From the NCBI GenBank assembly GCA_963850305.1, contig CAWKKR010000001.1:544001-608000 (forward strand): a stretch of DNA of 64,000 bases. The letters run 5' to 3'. A model generated the notes under the pieces. It did no database searches and was not told the origin of the DNA. It saw only the letters and a program-made list of their open reading frames with translations. A program made the position numbers and the translations under genes. This document shows, one piece after another, positions 39,365 to 48,821 of this stretch; the first letter of the stretch is position 1, and each line of letters starts with the position of its first letter. Origin of the DNA: an uncultured delta proteobacterium. Lineage in GTDB: Bacteria > Myxococcota_A > Polyangia > Polyangiales > Polyangiaceae.

Positions 39365-41422
39365 TCAGTTGGCCTTGACGGGGTCGTTCGCCAACTCCGT
39401 ATGGGGCTGGGACTTGCTTTCGGGCTGCCTGGACTCCCCCTCTTCCACTTGCTGCTCCTCTTCCACGAGCCCGTCGTCCATATCCACATCGCTCTCGCGG
39501 CCGAGGTGTTTGCGGAGGGCTTCGACGTGCCGGCGCGTCACGCCTTTCACCGCGAGCACTTCGGCGTCGGTCGCGCGGCGAATGCCGTCGATCGAGCCGA
39601 GGGTCGTCAGTAGCGCCTTTCGCGTCTTCGGACCCACGCCGGGAACGTCGTCGAGCCGCGACGCGAAGCGGCGGCGCTTGCCGACCTTCTTTCTTCCGCT
39701 GTTCGCGAACCGGTGGGCTTCGTCGCGCGCGACGGCGAGGATGTAGAGCTCGGGGCTGTTCGGCCGGAGAGCGATCGGGTTCTTCTGGCCGGGCAGGTAC
39801 ACGCGATCGACGATCTCTTCTTCGGTCATGCTCTCGCGCTCCTTGGCGAGCCCGACGATGCGAAGCTCGTGCAGCCCGAGATCCCTCGCGGCGGTGAGCG
39901 CGACCGCGAGCTGTCCGCGCCCGCCGTCGACGACGAAGAGGTCCGGCAGATCCCAGGCGTCGCCCTCGACGCCCTCCGCGGCGCTCCTGCCTCGCGCGAA
40001 GCGTCGCGACAGGACCTCGAACATCGCGGCGTAGTCATCCCCGGGCCCCGCGGAGCGGACGTTGTACGTGCGGTAGCGGGACTTGTCGGGCACGCCGTCC
40101 TTGAGCGCGACCACGCCGCCGACCGTGTCCTCGCCCCCGAGATGCGAAATGTCGCAGCACTCGATGCGCCGCGGCAGCTCGGGGAGCCGGAGCTTGTTCT
40201 GGATGCGGGCGAGACGTTCGTCCATGTCCTCCGCGGCGCGCCGCTTCTCCTCGAACGCATGCTTCGCATTCTCCATCGCGAGGTCGAGGAGCTGCCTTCG
40301 AGCACCGCGCGCCGGCGCGAGCACCGACACCTTTCGCGACGTCTCCCCCTTCGCCCGTGCGGCCTCGGTACGCCGTTCCGAGAGCCACTCCGCGGCCCCG
40401 TCGCACCCTTCCGGCAGGACGGGCAGGAGGATCTCGTCGGGGATCAGCACGCTGCCGGGGCCGCCGTCGGCATAGTGTTCGCGCAGGAACGCCGCGGCGA
40501 CTTCGTCGTCCGGGATCTCGGCGTGCGCGTGCGAGAAGCTCGCCGCTTCCACGACGCGCCCCGAGCGCACGTAGATGACGCTGAGCTCGACGAGGTCGCC
40601 CTGCCGGTAGAGGCCGAGCACGTCCTGATCCCGATCGCTGACGGAGACGACGCGCTGCGCTTCCCGCACGACGTCCACGGCGCGGAGCTGGTCTCGGTAA
40701 ATCGCGGCGAGCTCGTACTCGAAATTCGCGCTCGCGTCGCGCATCCGCGCCTGGAGCTCGCGCGACAGCTCGTCGTGCCGCCCGTCGAGGAAGAGCGCAA
40801 CCGCGCGCACTTGCTCCGCGTAGAGCTTCGCATCCACCTTGTAGACGCACGGCGCGGGGCAGCGCTTGATCTGAAACTGCAGGCAGGGGCGCTTGCGGCT
40901 CACGAGCTCCCGATCCGAACAGGTCCGGAGCTGAAAATGCTTCTCGACGAGGTGAAGGGTGCGACGCGCCGCGGTCGCCGAATGGTACGGCCCGAAGTAC
41001 CGCGAGCCGTCCGACTCCGCGCGCCGCACGAGCTCGAGCCGCGGCCACTCGTGTGCCGTGGTGAGCCGGAGCGTCAGGTACTCTTTGTCGTCCCGGAGCT
41101 TGACGTTGTACTTGGGCTTCTGCTCCTTGATGAGACTGTTCTCGAGGATCGCCGCTTCCTTCTCGGAGGTCGTGACGATGGTCTCCAGATCGCCGATGGC
41201 GCGGAGCAGGATCGGGATGAACGCCCGTGTGTCGCTCGACCCCTCCTGGAAGTAACTGCGCACCCGAGCTCGCAAGCTCTTCGCCTTGCCGACGTAGAGA
41301 ACGTCGCCCTTGCGATCGCGAAACACGTAACAGCCGGGCCCCGCCGGCAACCCCTCGAGCTTCTTCGAAACCGCGTCCGGCAACGCACCCGGGGCGGCGT
41401 CTTCTTCGTGATTCGCAGCCAC
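39365..41422 (-). CDS. uvrC: Excinuclease ABC subunit C
   Basis: GIY-YIG (PGCYVF..YVGKAKSLRARVRSYF), four-Cys motif, UVR domain, RIECCDISH, PDLFVVDGGRGQL, RDEAHRFA, HhH. Start approximate. Confidence 0.98.
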   Translation of the reverse strand: MAANHEEDAAPGALPDAVSKKLEGLPAGPGCYVFRDRKGDVLYVGKAKSLRARVRSYFQEGSSDTRAFIPILLRAIGDLETIVTTSEKEAAILENSLIKEQKPKYNVKLRDDKEYLTLRLTTAHEWPRLELVRRAESDGSRYFGPYHSATAARRTLHLVEKHFQLRTCSDRELVSRKRPCLQFQIKRCPAPCVYKVDAKLYAEQVRAVALFLDGRHDELSRELQARMRDASANFEYELAAIYRDQLRAVDVVREAQRVVSVSDRDQDVLGLYRQGDLVELSVIYVRSGRVVEAASFSHAHAEIPDDEVAAAFLREHYADGGPGSVLIPDEILLPVLPEGCDGAAEWLSERRTEAARAKGETSRKVSVLAPARGARRQLLDLAMENAKHAFEEKRRAAEDMDERLARIQNKLRLPELPRRIECCDISHLGGEDTVGGVVALKDGVPDKSRYRTYNVRSAGPGDDYAAMFEVLSRRFARGRSAAEGVEGDAWDLPDLFVVDGGRGQLAVALTAARDLGLHELRIVGLAKERESMTEEEIVDRVYLPGQKNPIALRPNSPELYILAVARDEAHRFANSGRKKVGKRRRFASRLDDVPGVGPKTRKALLTTLGSIDGIRRATDAEVLAVKGVTRRHVEALRKHLGRESDVDMDDGLVEEEQQVEEGESRQPESKSQPHTELANDPVKAN

Positions 41423-41525
41423 GACTTCCGCCCCTCGAGTACCCCGAGCCGGGAGCTTGCGCGAGGGTTTCCTCGGAGGGCTTTTGCTCTCACGCCGCCG
41501 CGGCGCTAAGCGAGCCCTCGCCTTG

Positions 41526-43091
41526 ATGAGCCTGCGCGACCTGAATCTTCCCTGGCTCGGCCCGGGTGCGCTCTCCATCATCGTCGCCACGCTGGCCGGA
41601 CTCGCGATCGGCTTTCTCATCGTCCCCCGAACGGCGTCGGCCGACGACGTGGACGCGGCGCCCCCGCGCGTGATGCTGCTCGGACAGCCGCTCGTTCTCG
41701 ACGACGGGGCCCCCGAGCGCGCGCTCGAGGCCGTGCGACGCCACGTGGCGGGCTCGTTCCACATCGAGCTCCCCGACGGCGCCGAGCAGCGACGGCTCAG
41801 CTTCGGACGGCTCGGCGCGCAGATCGACCGCGTGAGGCTCGCACGGCTCGTGCGCGACGCCCGCGACCCGACCTCACCCATGCGCCGCACGTACCGCGCG
41901 TCGGGCGCGTCCGGGGATCTGGTCCTGCCCGTGCCCATCGTGCTCGATACGGACCGCGCCGCCGAGACCATCCTGGGGTTGAAGGACGAGTTCGATCGAG
42001 CTCCCGAGGATGCGCGGCTCGACCTGGACAAGCGCGCGCTCATCACCGAGGTCGAAGGCCGTCGGCTCGATCTCGACGCGACGCTCGCGCGACTCGAGGA
42101 CACGCTCGAGGCGGGCAAGACATCGATGTCGCTGGTGTTCGCGTACCGAAAGCCGCGGCGCGTGGCGGCGCAGCTCGGCAAAGTCTCCGTCGACCATGTC
42201 CTCGGCTTCTTCGAGACGAACTACGACCGCTCGGCGAGGTCCGCGGCGCGGACGTACAACCTGCGCCTCGCCGCGTCGAAGCTCGACGGCACCGTGCTCC
42301 TCCCCGGCGAGACCTTCGACTTCAACGACGTCGTGGGTCCGCGGGACGAAGCGAACGGCTATCGCGTCGCAAAGGTCATCGCGGAGGGCGAGCTCGTGGA
42401 TGGCATCGGCGGTGGTACGTGCCAGATTTCGGGCACCCTGCACGGGGCTGCGTTCTTCGCGGGCCTCGACATCGTGGAGCGGTACCCCCACACGCGACCG
42501 AGCTCTTACATAAAGATGGGGCTCGACGCGACCGTCGTGTACCCGACCATCGACTTCAAGATCCGGAACCCCTTCGACTTCCCCGTCGTGCTGCATGAGA
42601 CGGTGAAGGACGGCACGGTGCGGGCGGAAATCCTGGGCGCGCGCGAACCGTACACGGTGACGTTCATTCGCCGGATCACCGACGCTTTACCCTTCGAGCA
42701 AACGGAGCGGCCCGACGATCGGCTGCCCAGGGGTATGCGTGTCTTGTCGCAGCGCGGCGTGCCTGGGTTCAAGCTCACGCGGTACCGGATTCTCCGCGAC
42801 GGCGATCACGCGGTGCGCGAAAAGTGGACGGATGTCTACCCGCCCACGCAGCAGATCGTCCGTATCGGCACCGGAACCATGCCGGAGGACAGCGTGAAGG
42901 CCGAGGACGACCCGCACCCGGAATACGTCGCGGACGAGCTGCTCGTCATGACCGAAGGCCCCGACGCACCGCAGGCAAAGGGCCATCCCGACGACCGCGT
43001 CTCAGAGGATCGCGAGCCCGGCAGGTTCGGCGACACCGGGTGGATGGCGAAGGCCGGGATGCCGGTGTGGAAGCCCAAACCCTCCGGTTAG
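41526..43091 (+). CDS. VanW-family protein with PG-binding-like and G5-like regions
   Basis: RTYNLRLAASKLDG..LLPGETFDFN, GIGGGTCQISGTL, ERYPHT, GLDATV; YPPTQQIVRIGT end of G5-like region. Confidence 0.9.
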   Translation: MSLRDLNLPWLGPGALSIIVATLAGLAIGFLIVPRTASADDVDAAPPRVMLLGQPLVLDDGAPERALEAVRRHVAGSFHIELPDGAEQRRLSFGRLGAQIDRVRLARLVRDARDPTSPMRRTYRASGASGDLVLPVPIVLDTDRAAETILGLKDEFDRAPEDARLDLDKRALITEVEGRRLDLDATLARLEDTLEAGKTSMSLVFAYRKPRRVAAQLGKVSVDHVLGFFETNYDRSARSAARTYNLRLAASKLDGTVLLPGETFDFNDVVGPRDEANGYRVAKVIAEGELVDGIGGGTCQISGTLHGAAFFAGLDIVERYPHTRPSSYIKMGLDATVVYPTIDFKIRNPFDFPVVLHETVKDGTVRAEILGAREPYTVTFIRRITDALPFEQTERPDDRLPRGMRVLSQRGVPGFKLTRYRILRDGDHAVREKWTDVYPPTQQIVRIGTGTMPEDSVKAEDDPHPEYVADELLVMTEGPDAPQAKGHPDDRVSEDREPGRFGDTGWMAKAGMPVWKPKPSG

Positions 43092-43205
43092 AGCGCCTCC
43101 GAGCAAATAATCTGCCTGACAGGAGCCCACACCGGGGACTATCGTTGGCGATTCTGATTGATCTCGCGGGCGGTCCGGGTCCCCGAAAAAGAAAGCCTCG
43201 CCACC

Positions 43206-44735
43206 ATGAAGCTTCGATTCGACGCACATCTTCATTCTCTCTTCCTCTTCTCATCGGCGCTCGCGCTATCCGCCTGCGGCGGCCAAACGGGCTTTGCCGG
43301 CGTGGACAAGGCCGAGCCCGATGGAGGCGTCGTCCTGAGCGACGGCGGGATCTCGACGCTGCCGGGGCATAATTGCACCAGCGGCGGCGAGTTTAGCTGC
43401 CCCGACGGCGGCGGGACCCAGGACGGGGGCACCGGCGGGCAGCTCGGTGGGACAGCGGGCGGCAATCTCGGCGGTCTCCTCGGCGGCAATCTCGGCGGTT
43501 TCTTCGGCGGGACGGCGGGCGGCAATGCCGGCGGAAACGCGGGCGGAACGGCAGGCGGAACTGCGGGCGGCACTGCCGGCGGTCTCCTCGGCGGCAATGC
43601 CGGCGGAACGGCAGGCGGAAGGGCAGGCGGAACTGCGGGCGGCACTGCCGGCGGTCTCCTCGGCGGGCTCTTCGGCGGCACTGCCGGCGGAACGGCAGGC
43701 GGAACCGCGGGCGGCACTGCCGGCGGTCTCCTCGGCGGGCTCTTCGGCGGCACTGCCGGCGGAACGGCAGGCGGAACCGCGGGCGGCACTGCCGGCGGTC
43801 TCCTCGGCGGGCTCTTCGGCGGCACTGCCGGCGGAACGGCAGGCGGAACCGCGGGCGGCACTGCCGGCGGTCTCCTCGGCGGGCTCTTCGGCGGCACTGC
43901 CGGCGGAACGGCAGGCGGAACCGCGGGCGGCACTGCCGGCGGTCTCCTCGGCGGGCTCTTCGGCGGCACTGCCGGCGGAACGGCAGGCGGAACGGCAGGC
44001 GGACTCCTCGGGGGTTTGCTCGGTGGTAACGCGGGCGGGGCCACCGGTGGCATTTTCGGCGGCGGCAACGCGGGCGGCGCGGCGGGCGGGCTCCTCGGCG
44101 GCGGGCTCCTCGGCGGCGGCAATGCAGGCGGCGCGGCGGGTGGGCTCCTCGGCGGCGGGCTCCTGGGCGGCGGCAATGCAGGCGGCGCGGCGGGTGGGCT
44201 CTTCGGCGGCGGTAACGCGGGCGGCGCCGCAGGTGGGCTCCTCGGCGGCGGCGCGGGCGGCGCAGCGGGTGGAGCGGCAGGTGGAGCCACGGGCGGGCTC
44301 TTCGGCGGTGGCTTCCTCGGCGGTGGCGCGGCGGGTGGCGGACTGCTCGGCGGTGGCGCAGCGGGTGGCGGACTGCTCGGCGGCGGCGCAGCGGGTGGCG
44401 GACTGCTCGGCGGCGGCGCAGCGGGTGGCGGACTGCTCGGCGGTGGCGCAGCGGGTGGCGCGGCAGGCGGCGGAATCTTCGGCGGCGGCGCAGCGGGCGG
44501 CGCGGCAGGCGGCGGAATCTTCGGCGGCGGCGCAGCGGGCGGCGCGGCAGGCGGCGGAATCTTCGGCGGCGGCGCAGCGGGTGGCGGACTCGGCGGCGGC
44601 GCAGCGGGTGGCGGACTCGGCGGCGGCGCAGCGGGTGGCGGACTCGGCGGCGGCGCAGCGGGTGGCGGACTCGGCGGCGGCGCCGCAGGTGGCAATGCGG
44701 GTGGTCGGGCCGGCGGCGGAGCAACACCGGGCTGA
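43206..44735 (+). CDS. Glycine-rich repeat lipoprotein
   Basis: Lipobox LSAC, short Cys-pair region, then ~430 aa of GG(G)xx repeats (xx = TA, LL, LF, NA, AA, IF). Confidence 0.8.
   Translation: MKLRFDAHLHSLFLFSSALALSACGGQTGFAGVDKAEPDGGVVLSDGGISTLPGHNCTSGGEFSCPDGGGTQDGGTGGQLGGTAGGNLGGLLGGNLGGFFGGTAGGNAGGNAGGTAGGTAGGTAGGLLGGNAGGTAGGRAGGTAGGTAGGLLGGLFGGTAGGTAGGTAGGTAGGLLGGLFGGTAGGTAGGTAGGTAGGLLGGLFGGTAGGTAGGTAGGTAGGLLGGLFGGTAGGTAGGTAGGTAGGLLGGLFGGTAGGTAGGTAGGLLGGLLGGNAGGATGGIFGGGNAGGAAGGLLGGGLLGGGNAGGAAGGLLGGGLLGGGNAGGAAGGLFGGGNAGGAAGGLLGGGAGGAAGGAAGGATGGLFGGGFLGGGAAGGGLLGGGAAGGGLLGGGAAGGGLLGGGAAGGGLLGGGAAGGAAGGGIFGGGAAGGAAGGGIFGGGAAGGAAGGGIFGGGAAGGGLGGGAAGGGLGGGAAGGGLGGGAAGGGLGGGAAGGNAGGRAGGGATPG
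43638..43995 (+). repeat. 72-bp coding tandem repeat, (GGTA)4-GGLL-GGLF, about 5 copies
   Basis: Identical blocks at 72-bp period (e.g. 43681 and 43753); 30-, 42- and 27-bp arrays follow to ~44685. Confidence 0.9.
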
Positions 44736-44985
44736 GCGTCCTGGGTCGTGCTTCCTCATGAGTAAAGTCCGTGGAGCAACAATGCTTCCACTGGCGGGGC
44801 GCCTGACGTAATGTCGCCGCCGCCCATGATGTCGTCGGCGCGCTGGCGGAAGCCCGGTTGCGGCGATCGGCGGGTGCAAAGGCACAGGCGCACGTTTTGA
44901 GACTGCGTCGCTAGTGGGAGAAAGCTCCCAGCGTCCGAGGGTTCGTCGCTCAATCGAAATGGCCGTTTGATCCGGAAGGGAATCG

Positions 44986-47262
44986 ATGTCGTTCAGGAAT
45001 CGTTCCGTGCTGTTCACCGCCGCGATCGGCTTGCACATGGGCTCCGCATTCGCCCAAACGGCGAGCGCCACCGCACCCCCGGTCCCCGCCCCGTCGAGTC
45101 CCCCGTCTGCTGCGCCTGCCCAGCCTGCAGCGGCGGCAGTGGCGCCCGTCGCTCCCGCGCCGGTTGCCCCTGCGAGCGACACGGACGCGAGCGACGTCGC
45201 CGCGGCACCGGCAGATGACGCCGAAGAGCCCGTCGGCAGCCCGCGCGCGCTGGAGGCCGAGAACACCATGAACGGCGTGACCGGGTTGCTTCGAACCATC
45301 TCGGCGGACTCGGGCGCCGCGGGGACGTTCCGCTTCTCCGTTCTCGGGAGCTACTACACGGGCTCTGGATTTCTGTGCGGGCTCTGCTCGACCGCGACGG
45401 GACAGGTGTTGCAGAAGAAGGACGACCAGGTCCGTCAGATTGGTACCCGGATCGGACTCTCGGCGACGCCCGTGGACTTCCTCGAGGCGTACGCGTCCAT
45501 GCGGTTCCAGTCCACCTCGGATAATCTCGGTGATCCGACCTCGATCGAGATCGTCGGAGATACGACGCTCGGCTTGAAGGCGTTCATGCCGGCGAAGCCG
45601 GACCGGATTCTGTCATTCGGCGGCGGCGCGGATTTGCTCTTCCTGAGCAACCCTGGAGGCGTCGGGCTCGATGCGGCGAGCGTCGGACTCCACGCCCTCG
45701 GTACGGCTGACTTCACGCGGCAGAAGAAGGAAGCGCGCGTTCCCATCCGCCTTCACCTGAACGCCGGCTACGAGTTCGACGGATCGGGAAACCTCGCGGA
45801 CAGTATCGAGCAGAGCCGCGCGAACACGCTCGGTGACAGGCCGCGCATCACGCGCATCGAGCGCTTCGGTCACGACATCAACCGCGTCGACAACTTCAAC
45901 ATCGCCCTCGGCGTCGAGGGCGCGTTCCCGTGGGTGCGTCCGTTTGCCGAATGGTCGATCGACTTGCCGGTCAATCGCCAGGGATACGACTGCGGCAACA
46001 GCACCAATCGCACCGCGGGCGACGGATGTCTCGCCAACGCAGGCTTTTCGGCCATGCCTTCGCGTCTCACCATCGGCGCAAGGATCTTCCCGTGGCTCAG
46101 CGACTGGATGAATGGTCTCGCGTTTCTCGCCGCGGTCGACGTTGGCACGGGCGCCACGTCCAACTTCGTCGAGGAAGTCGCGCCGGAGCTGCCGTGGGCG
46201 ATCCACATCGGCGTCGCGTACGCCGCAGACACGGCCCCACGCGCCAAAGCGACGGTCGTCGAGAAGGTCGTCGAAGTGCCGGCTGCTGCGCCGGTCGAGC
46301 ACTACATTGAGGGGACCATCACGCGACCGAACAAGGGTGAGCCCGTGCCGGACGCCATCGTCCACTACGTGGGGCGCTCGTACACGGGCATGGTCACGGA
46401 CGAGCAGGGGCTCTTCCGCACCAGGGACCTCGCGCCGGGCGACTACCACTTCACGGTCTCGTCACCGGACTCGAAGGACACGGACTGTGCGGCGACTATC
46501 CCGCCCGATGCACCGCCTCAACCCGCCGCCCCCGCAAGGCCAGGGGTACCCGCGGCGCCTCTGCCGCCGCCTCCCGCCACGCCGCTCCCCGTCGTCGTCC
46601 GCGTGACGTGCGAGCTCGAAGCGCTGCCGCGCACCGCGACGATCACCGGCGTCCTCCGCGACGGGGAAACGACGGCACCGGTCGAGAACGGCACGGTCAC
46701 GATCACCGATCCGCTCGGCCGCCAGCTCTCGCTCAAGACGGACGCGGACGGCGCGTTCCGCTTCGGCAACGTCCAGGCCGGAACATCGAAGATCACCGCG
46801 GTAGCCGACGGCTATCTCCACGCGGCCACCCAGGTCACGCTCGAGCCGCGCAAGGACGTGTCGACGGATATCTCGATTTACAAGAAGCCCGTCCTTTCGA
46901 ACGTCGTGGTGACCAAGAAGGAGCTCAAGCTGAAGAAGGAGGTCCACTTCCTTCATGGTTCGGCGGAGGTCCTACCGGACTCGATGGCCATCCTCGAAGA
47001 GGCTGCTGATGTCATCAACGAGCATCCGGAGCTCGGCACGATCGAGATCCAGGGCCACACGGACGACACGGGCACTCCGGAAGGAAACCTGACGCTCAGC
47101 GCCGACCGGGCGAACGCCGTGCGCGATGTCTTCGTGGCCAACGGCGTCGACCCGGGTCGGCTCACGACGCACGGTTACGGGCAGGAGAAGCCCCTGGTCC
47201 CCAACACCTCGGCGAAAAACCGGGCGAAGAACCGTCGCGTGCAGCTCGTGATCGTCAAATAG
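44986..47262 (+). CDS. OmpA-family outer membrane protein: beta-barrel, two carboxypeptidase-regulatory-like domains, OmpA_C
   Basis: Signal peptide AFA, amphipathic strands, repeated G..tD..G.FR modules, IEIQGHTDD, LSADRANAV, GYGQEKP, NRRVQL. Confidence 0.9.
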   Translation: MSFRNRSVLFTAAIGLHMGSAFAQTASATAPPVPAPSSPPSAAPAQPAAAAVAPVAPAPVAPASDTDASDVAAAPADDAEEPVGSPRALEAENTMNGVTGLLRTISADSGAAGTFRFSVLGSYYTGSGFLCGLCSTATGQVLQKKDDQVRQIGTRIGLSATPVDFLEAYASMRFQSTSDNLGDPTSIEIVGDTTLGLKAFMPAKPDRILSFGGGADLLFLSNPGGVGLDAASVGLHALGTADFTRQKKEARVPIRLHLNAGYEFDGSGNLADSIEQSRANTLGDRPRITRIERFGHDINRVDNFNIALGVEGAFPWVRPFAEWSIDLPVNRQGYDCGNSTNRTAGDGCLANAGFSAMPSRLTIGARIFPWLSDWMNGLAFLAAVDVGTGATSNFVEEVAPELPWAIHIGVAYAADTAPRAKATVVEKVVEVPAAAPVEHYIEGTITRPNKGEPVPDAIVHYVGRSYTGMVTDEQGLFRTRDLAPGDYHFTVSSPDSKDTDCAATIPPDAPPQPAAPARPGVPAAPLPPPPATPLPVVVRVTCELEALPRTATITGVLRDGETTAPVENGTVTITDPLGRQLSLKTDADGAFRFGNVQAGTSKITAVADGYLHAATQVTLEPRKDVSTDISIYKKPVLSNVVVTKKELKLKKEVHFLHGSAEVLPDSMAILEEAADVINEHPELGTIEIQGHTDDTGTPEGNLTLSADRANAVRDVFVANGVDPGRLTTHGYGQEKPLVPNTSAKNRAKNRRVQLVIVK

Positions 47263-47324
47263 GCTCGGTGGCAGCCAACACGGGCGTCTTGCTCAATGCC
47301 CGACCTTGATTTAGCCTCGCCGCG

Positions 47325-47645
47325 ATGAAAACGAGTCGCGGGTTGATGGGTGCGGCGCTGTTCGTTAGCTTGGCGGCGCTCGGCGGCTGCGGGGGCTCCG
47401 GGGAATACCGAATTCCGGACGTGGCGCCTGTCGTGATGCAGAAGCCCGACGACAACCTGCTGGAAGACATCGAGGGGGACGACACGTCGACCACACCCAC
47501 AGCACCCGCGACGTCAGCAGCACCCGCGACGTCAGCAGCACCCGCGACGTCAGCGCCGCCCGCGCCAGCACCCGAGACGGCAGCGCCGCCCGCGGCGAAG
47601 CCATCGAAGACGAAGTCCTACAAGACGAAGCCGTCCAAGAAGTAA
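47325..47645 (+). CDS. Small Pro/Ala/Thr-rich lipoprotein
   Basis: Lipobox LGGC; 18-bp repeat x3 (47500-47553, APATSA); Lys-rich tail. Confidence 0.7.
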   Translation: MKTSRGLMGAALFVSLAALGGCGGSGEYRIPDVAPVVMQKPDDNLLEDIEGDDTSTTPTAPATSAAPATSAAPATSAPPAPAPETAAPPAAKPSKTKSYKTKPSKK

Positions 47646-47663
47646 TTCTTCGCGCGATCCGAG

Positions 47664-48692
47664 ATGCAGGCGGTCGTTCTCCCGCGGACCGGCGGGCCCG
47701 AGCTGTTCGAGTTCCGCGAAGTGCCGGATCCGGTGCCGGAACCCGACGACGTGATCGTCCGGGTGCGCGCCGAAGGCGTGTGCGGGCGCGATCCGATCGA
47801 CCGGCGCGGTGGCTTTCCGGCAATGAGGCTCCCGGCGATCCTCGGGCACGAGTTCGCGGGAGAGATCATCGCCGTCGGGGCGCGCGTCTCTCGCTTCAGC
47901 GTGGGCGAGCGCGTAGCCAACCTTCACCGGCCCTATTGCGGGGACTGCGCGCGATGTCAGGAGGGAGAAACCCCGGATTGCACGGAGAGCTGGCAGAGCT
48001 ACGGGCATACCGTGGACGGCGGTTACGCCGAACTCGTTCGCGCTCACCATCGCTCGCTCGTGCGCATTCCCGAAGGCGTCGATTTCGTCTCGGCCGCGCC
48101 GGCAGGATGTACCGCGGCCGTTTCACTGCGCGCACTCCGTCATGAGGCGGGGCTCTCCCTCGGTGAAACGGTTCTCATCACCGGCGCGAGCGGCGGCGTC
48201 GGGATGGCGGCGATCCAGATCGCGAAGCATCTCGGCGCGACGGTCATCGCCGCCACGTCGTCGCCCGAAGCGAAGGGCGACGCCCTTCGACGGATCGGTG
48301 CGGACTACGTCGTTTCGAGCGCCGATCCCCGATTCTTCGACGCGGTTCGCGGCGTCGTCAAAGGCGGTGTCGATGTCGCCCTCGAGCTCACCGGTAGCGC
48401 GACGTTCTCCGGTGCCCTGCGGAGCTTGCGCACGCGAGGTCGCCTCATCGTCGTGGGGAACATCGAGACCGCGAAGGTCGCGCTGAACCCGGGGGCGCTC
48501 ATCCTCTACAGCCAGCGCCTCTCGGGCAGCCACGGCTACACGCCACGGGATCTGACCGACTGTTTCACGCTCATGGCGGCAGGAAAGCTCCGAACGGTGG
48601 TCGACCGAACGCTCGCTCTAGCAAACGCGGCAGACGCACATCGCCTTCTCGCCGAGCGCAGCATCATGGGCCGCATCGTCTTGATTCCTTAG
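47664..48692 (+). CDS. Zinc-binding MDR alcohol dehydrogenase/reductase
   Basis: GVCGRD, GHE, structural zinc CGDCARC...C, GASGGVG. Confidence 0.93.
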   Translation: MQAVVLPRTGGPELFEFREVPDPVPEPDDVIVRVRAEGVCGRDPIDRRGGFPAMRLPAILGHEFAGEIIAVGARVSRFSVGERVANLHRPYCGDCARCQEGETPDCTESWQSYGHTVDGGYAELVRAHHRSLVRIPEGVDFVSAAPAGCTAAVSLRALRHEAGLSLGETVLITGASGGVGMAAIQIAKHLGATVIAATSSPEAKGDALRRIGADYVVSSADPRFFDAVRGVVKGGVDVALELTGSATFSGALRSLRTRGRLIVVGNIETAKVALNPGALILYSQRLSGSHGYTPRDLTDCFTLMAAGKLRTVVDRTLALANAADAHRLLAERSIMGRIVLIP

Positions 48693-48768
48693 TTGCTTCC
48701 CGTGATTGTGAGAGGGGGTTTGAGCGGATTTCGATACACCGCGAGGCACACTTTTTTGCTCCATGACC

Positions 48769-48792
48769 TTGACGGCCCGGGTCGGCCGTTAA
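48769..48792. promoter_or_regulatory. Candidate TetR operator
   Basis: TTGACGGCC-N6-GGCCGTTAA inverted repeat (8/9 match) upstream of the tetR gene; contains -35-like TTGACG. Confidence 0.55.
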
Positions 48793-48821
48793 ACATAGAC
48801 AGCGAAACGTACGGCTGACCC

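Noticed and set aside
41526..43091. Vancomycin resistance locus
   Set aside because: VanW domain alone is widespread; no vanA/B, vanH, vanX or vanRS nearby.
43145..43165. Sigma54 promoter (TGGC...TTGA)
   Set aside because: Spacing is one base too long and the -12 GC is missing.
43232..45299. Pro-rich, Arg-rich and CAAAE-repeat ORFs in other frames
   Set aside because: Shadow frames of the Gly repeat; only the Gly frame has a signal peptide and lipobox.
44986..47262. TraB ortholog
   Set aside because: No TSP3 (DxDxDG) repeats and no adjacent TraA-like PA14/Cys-rich gene.
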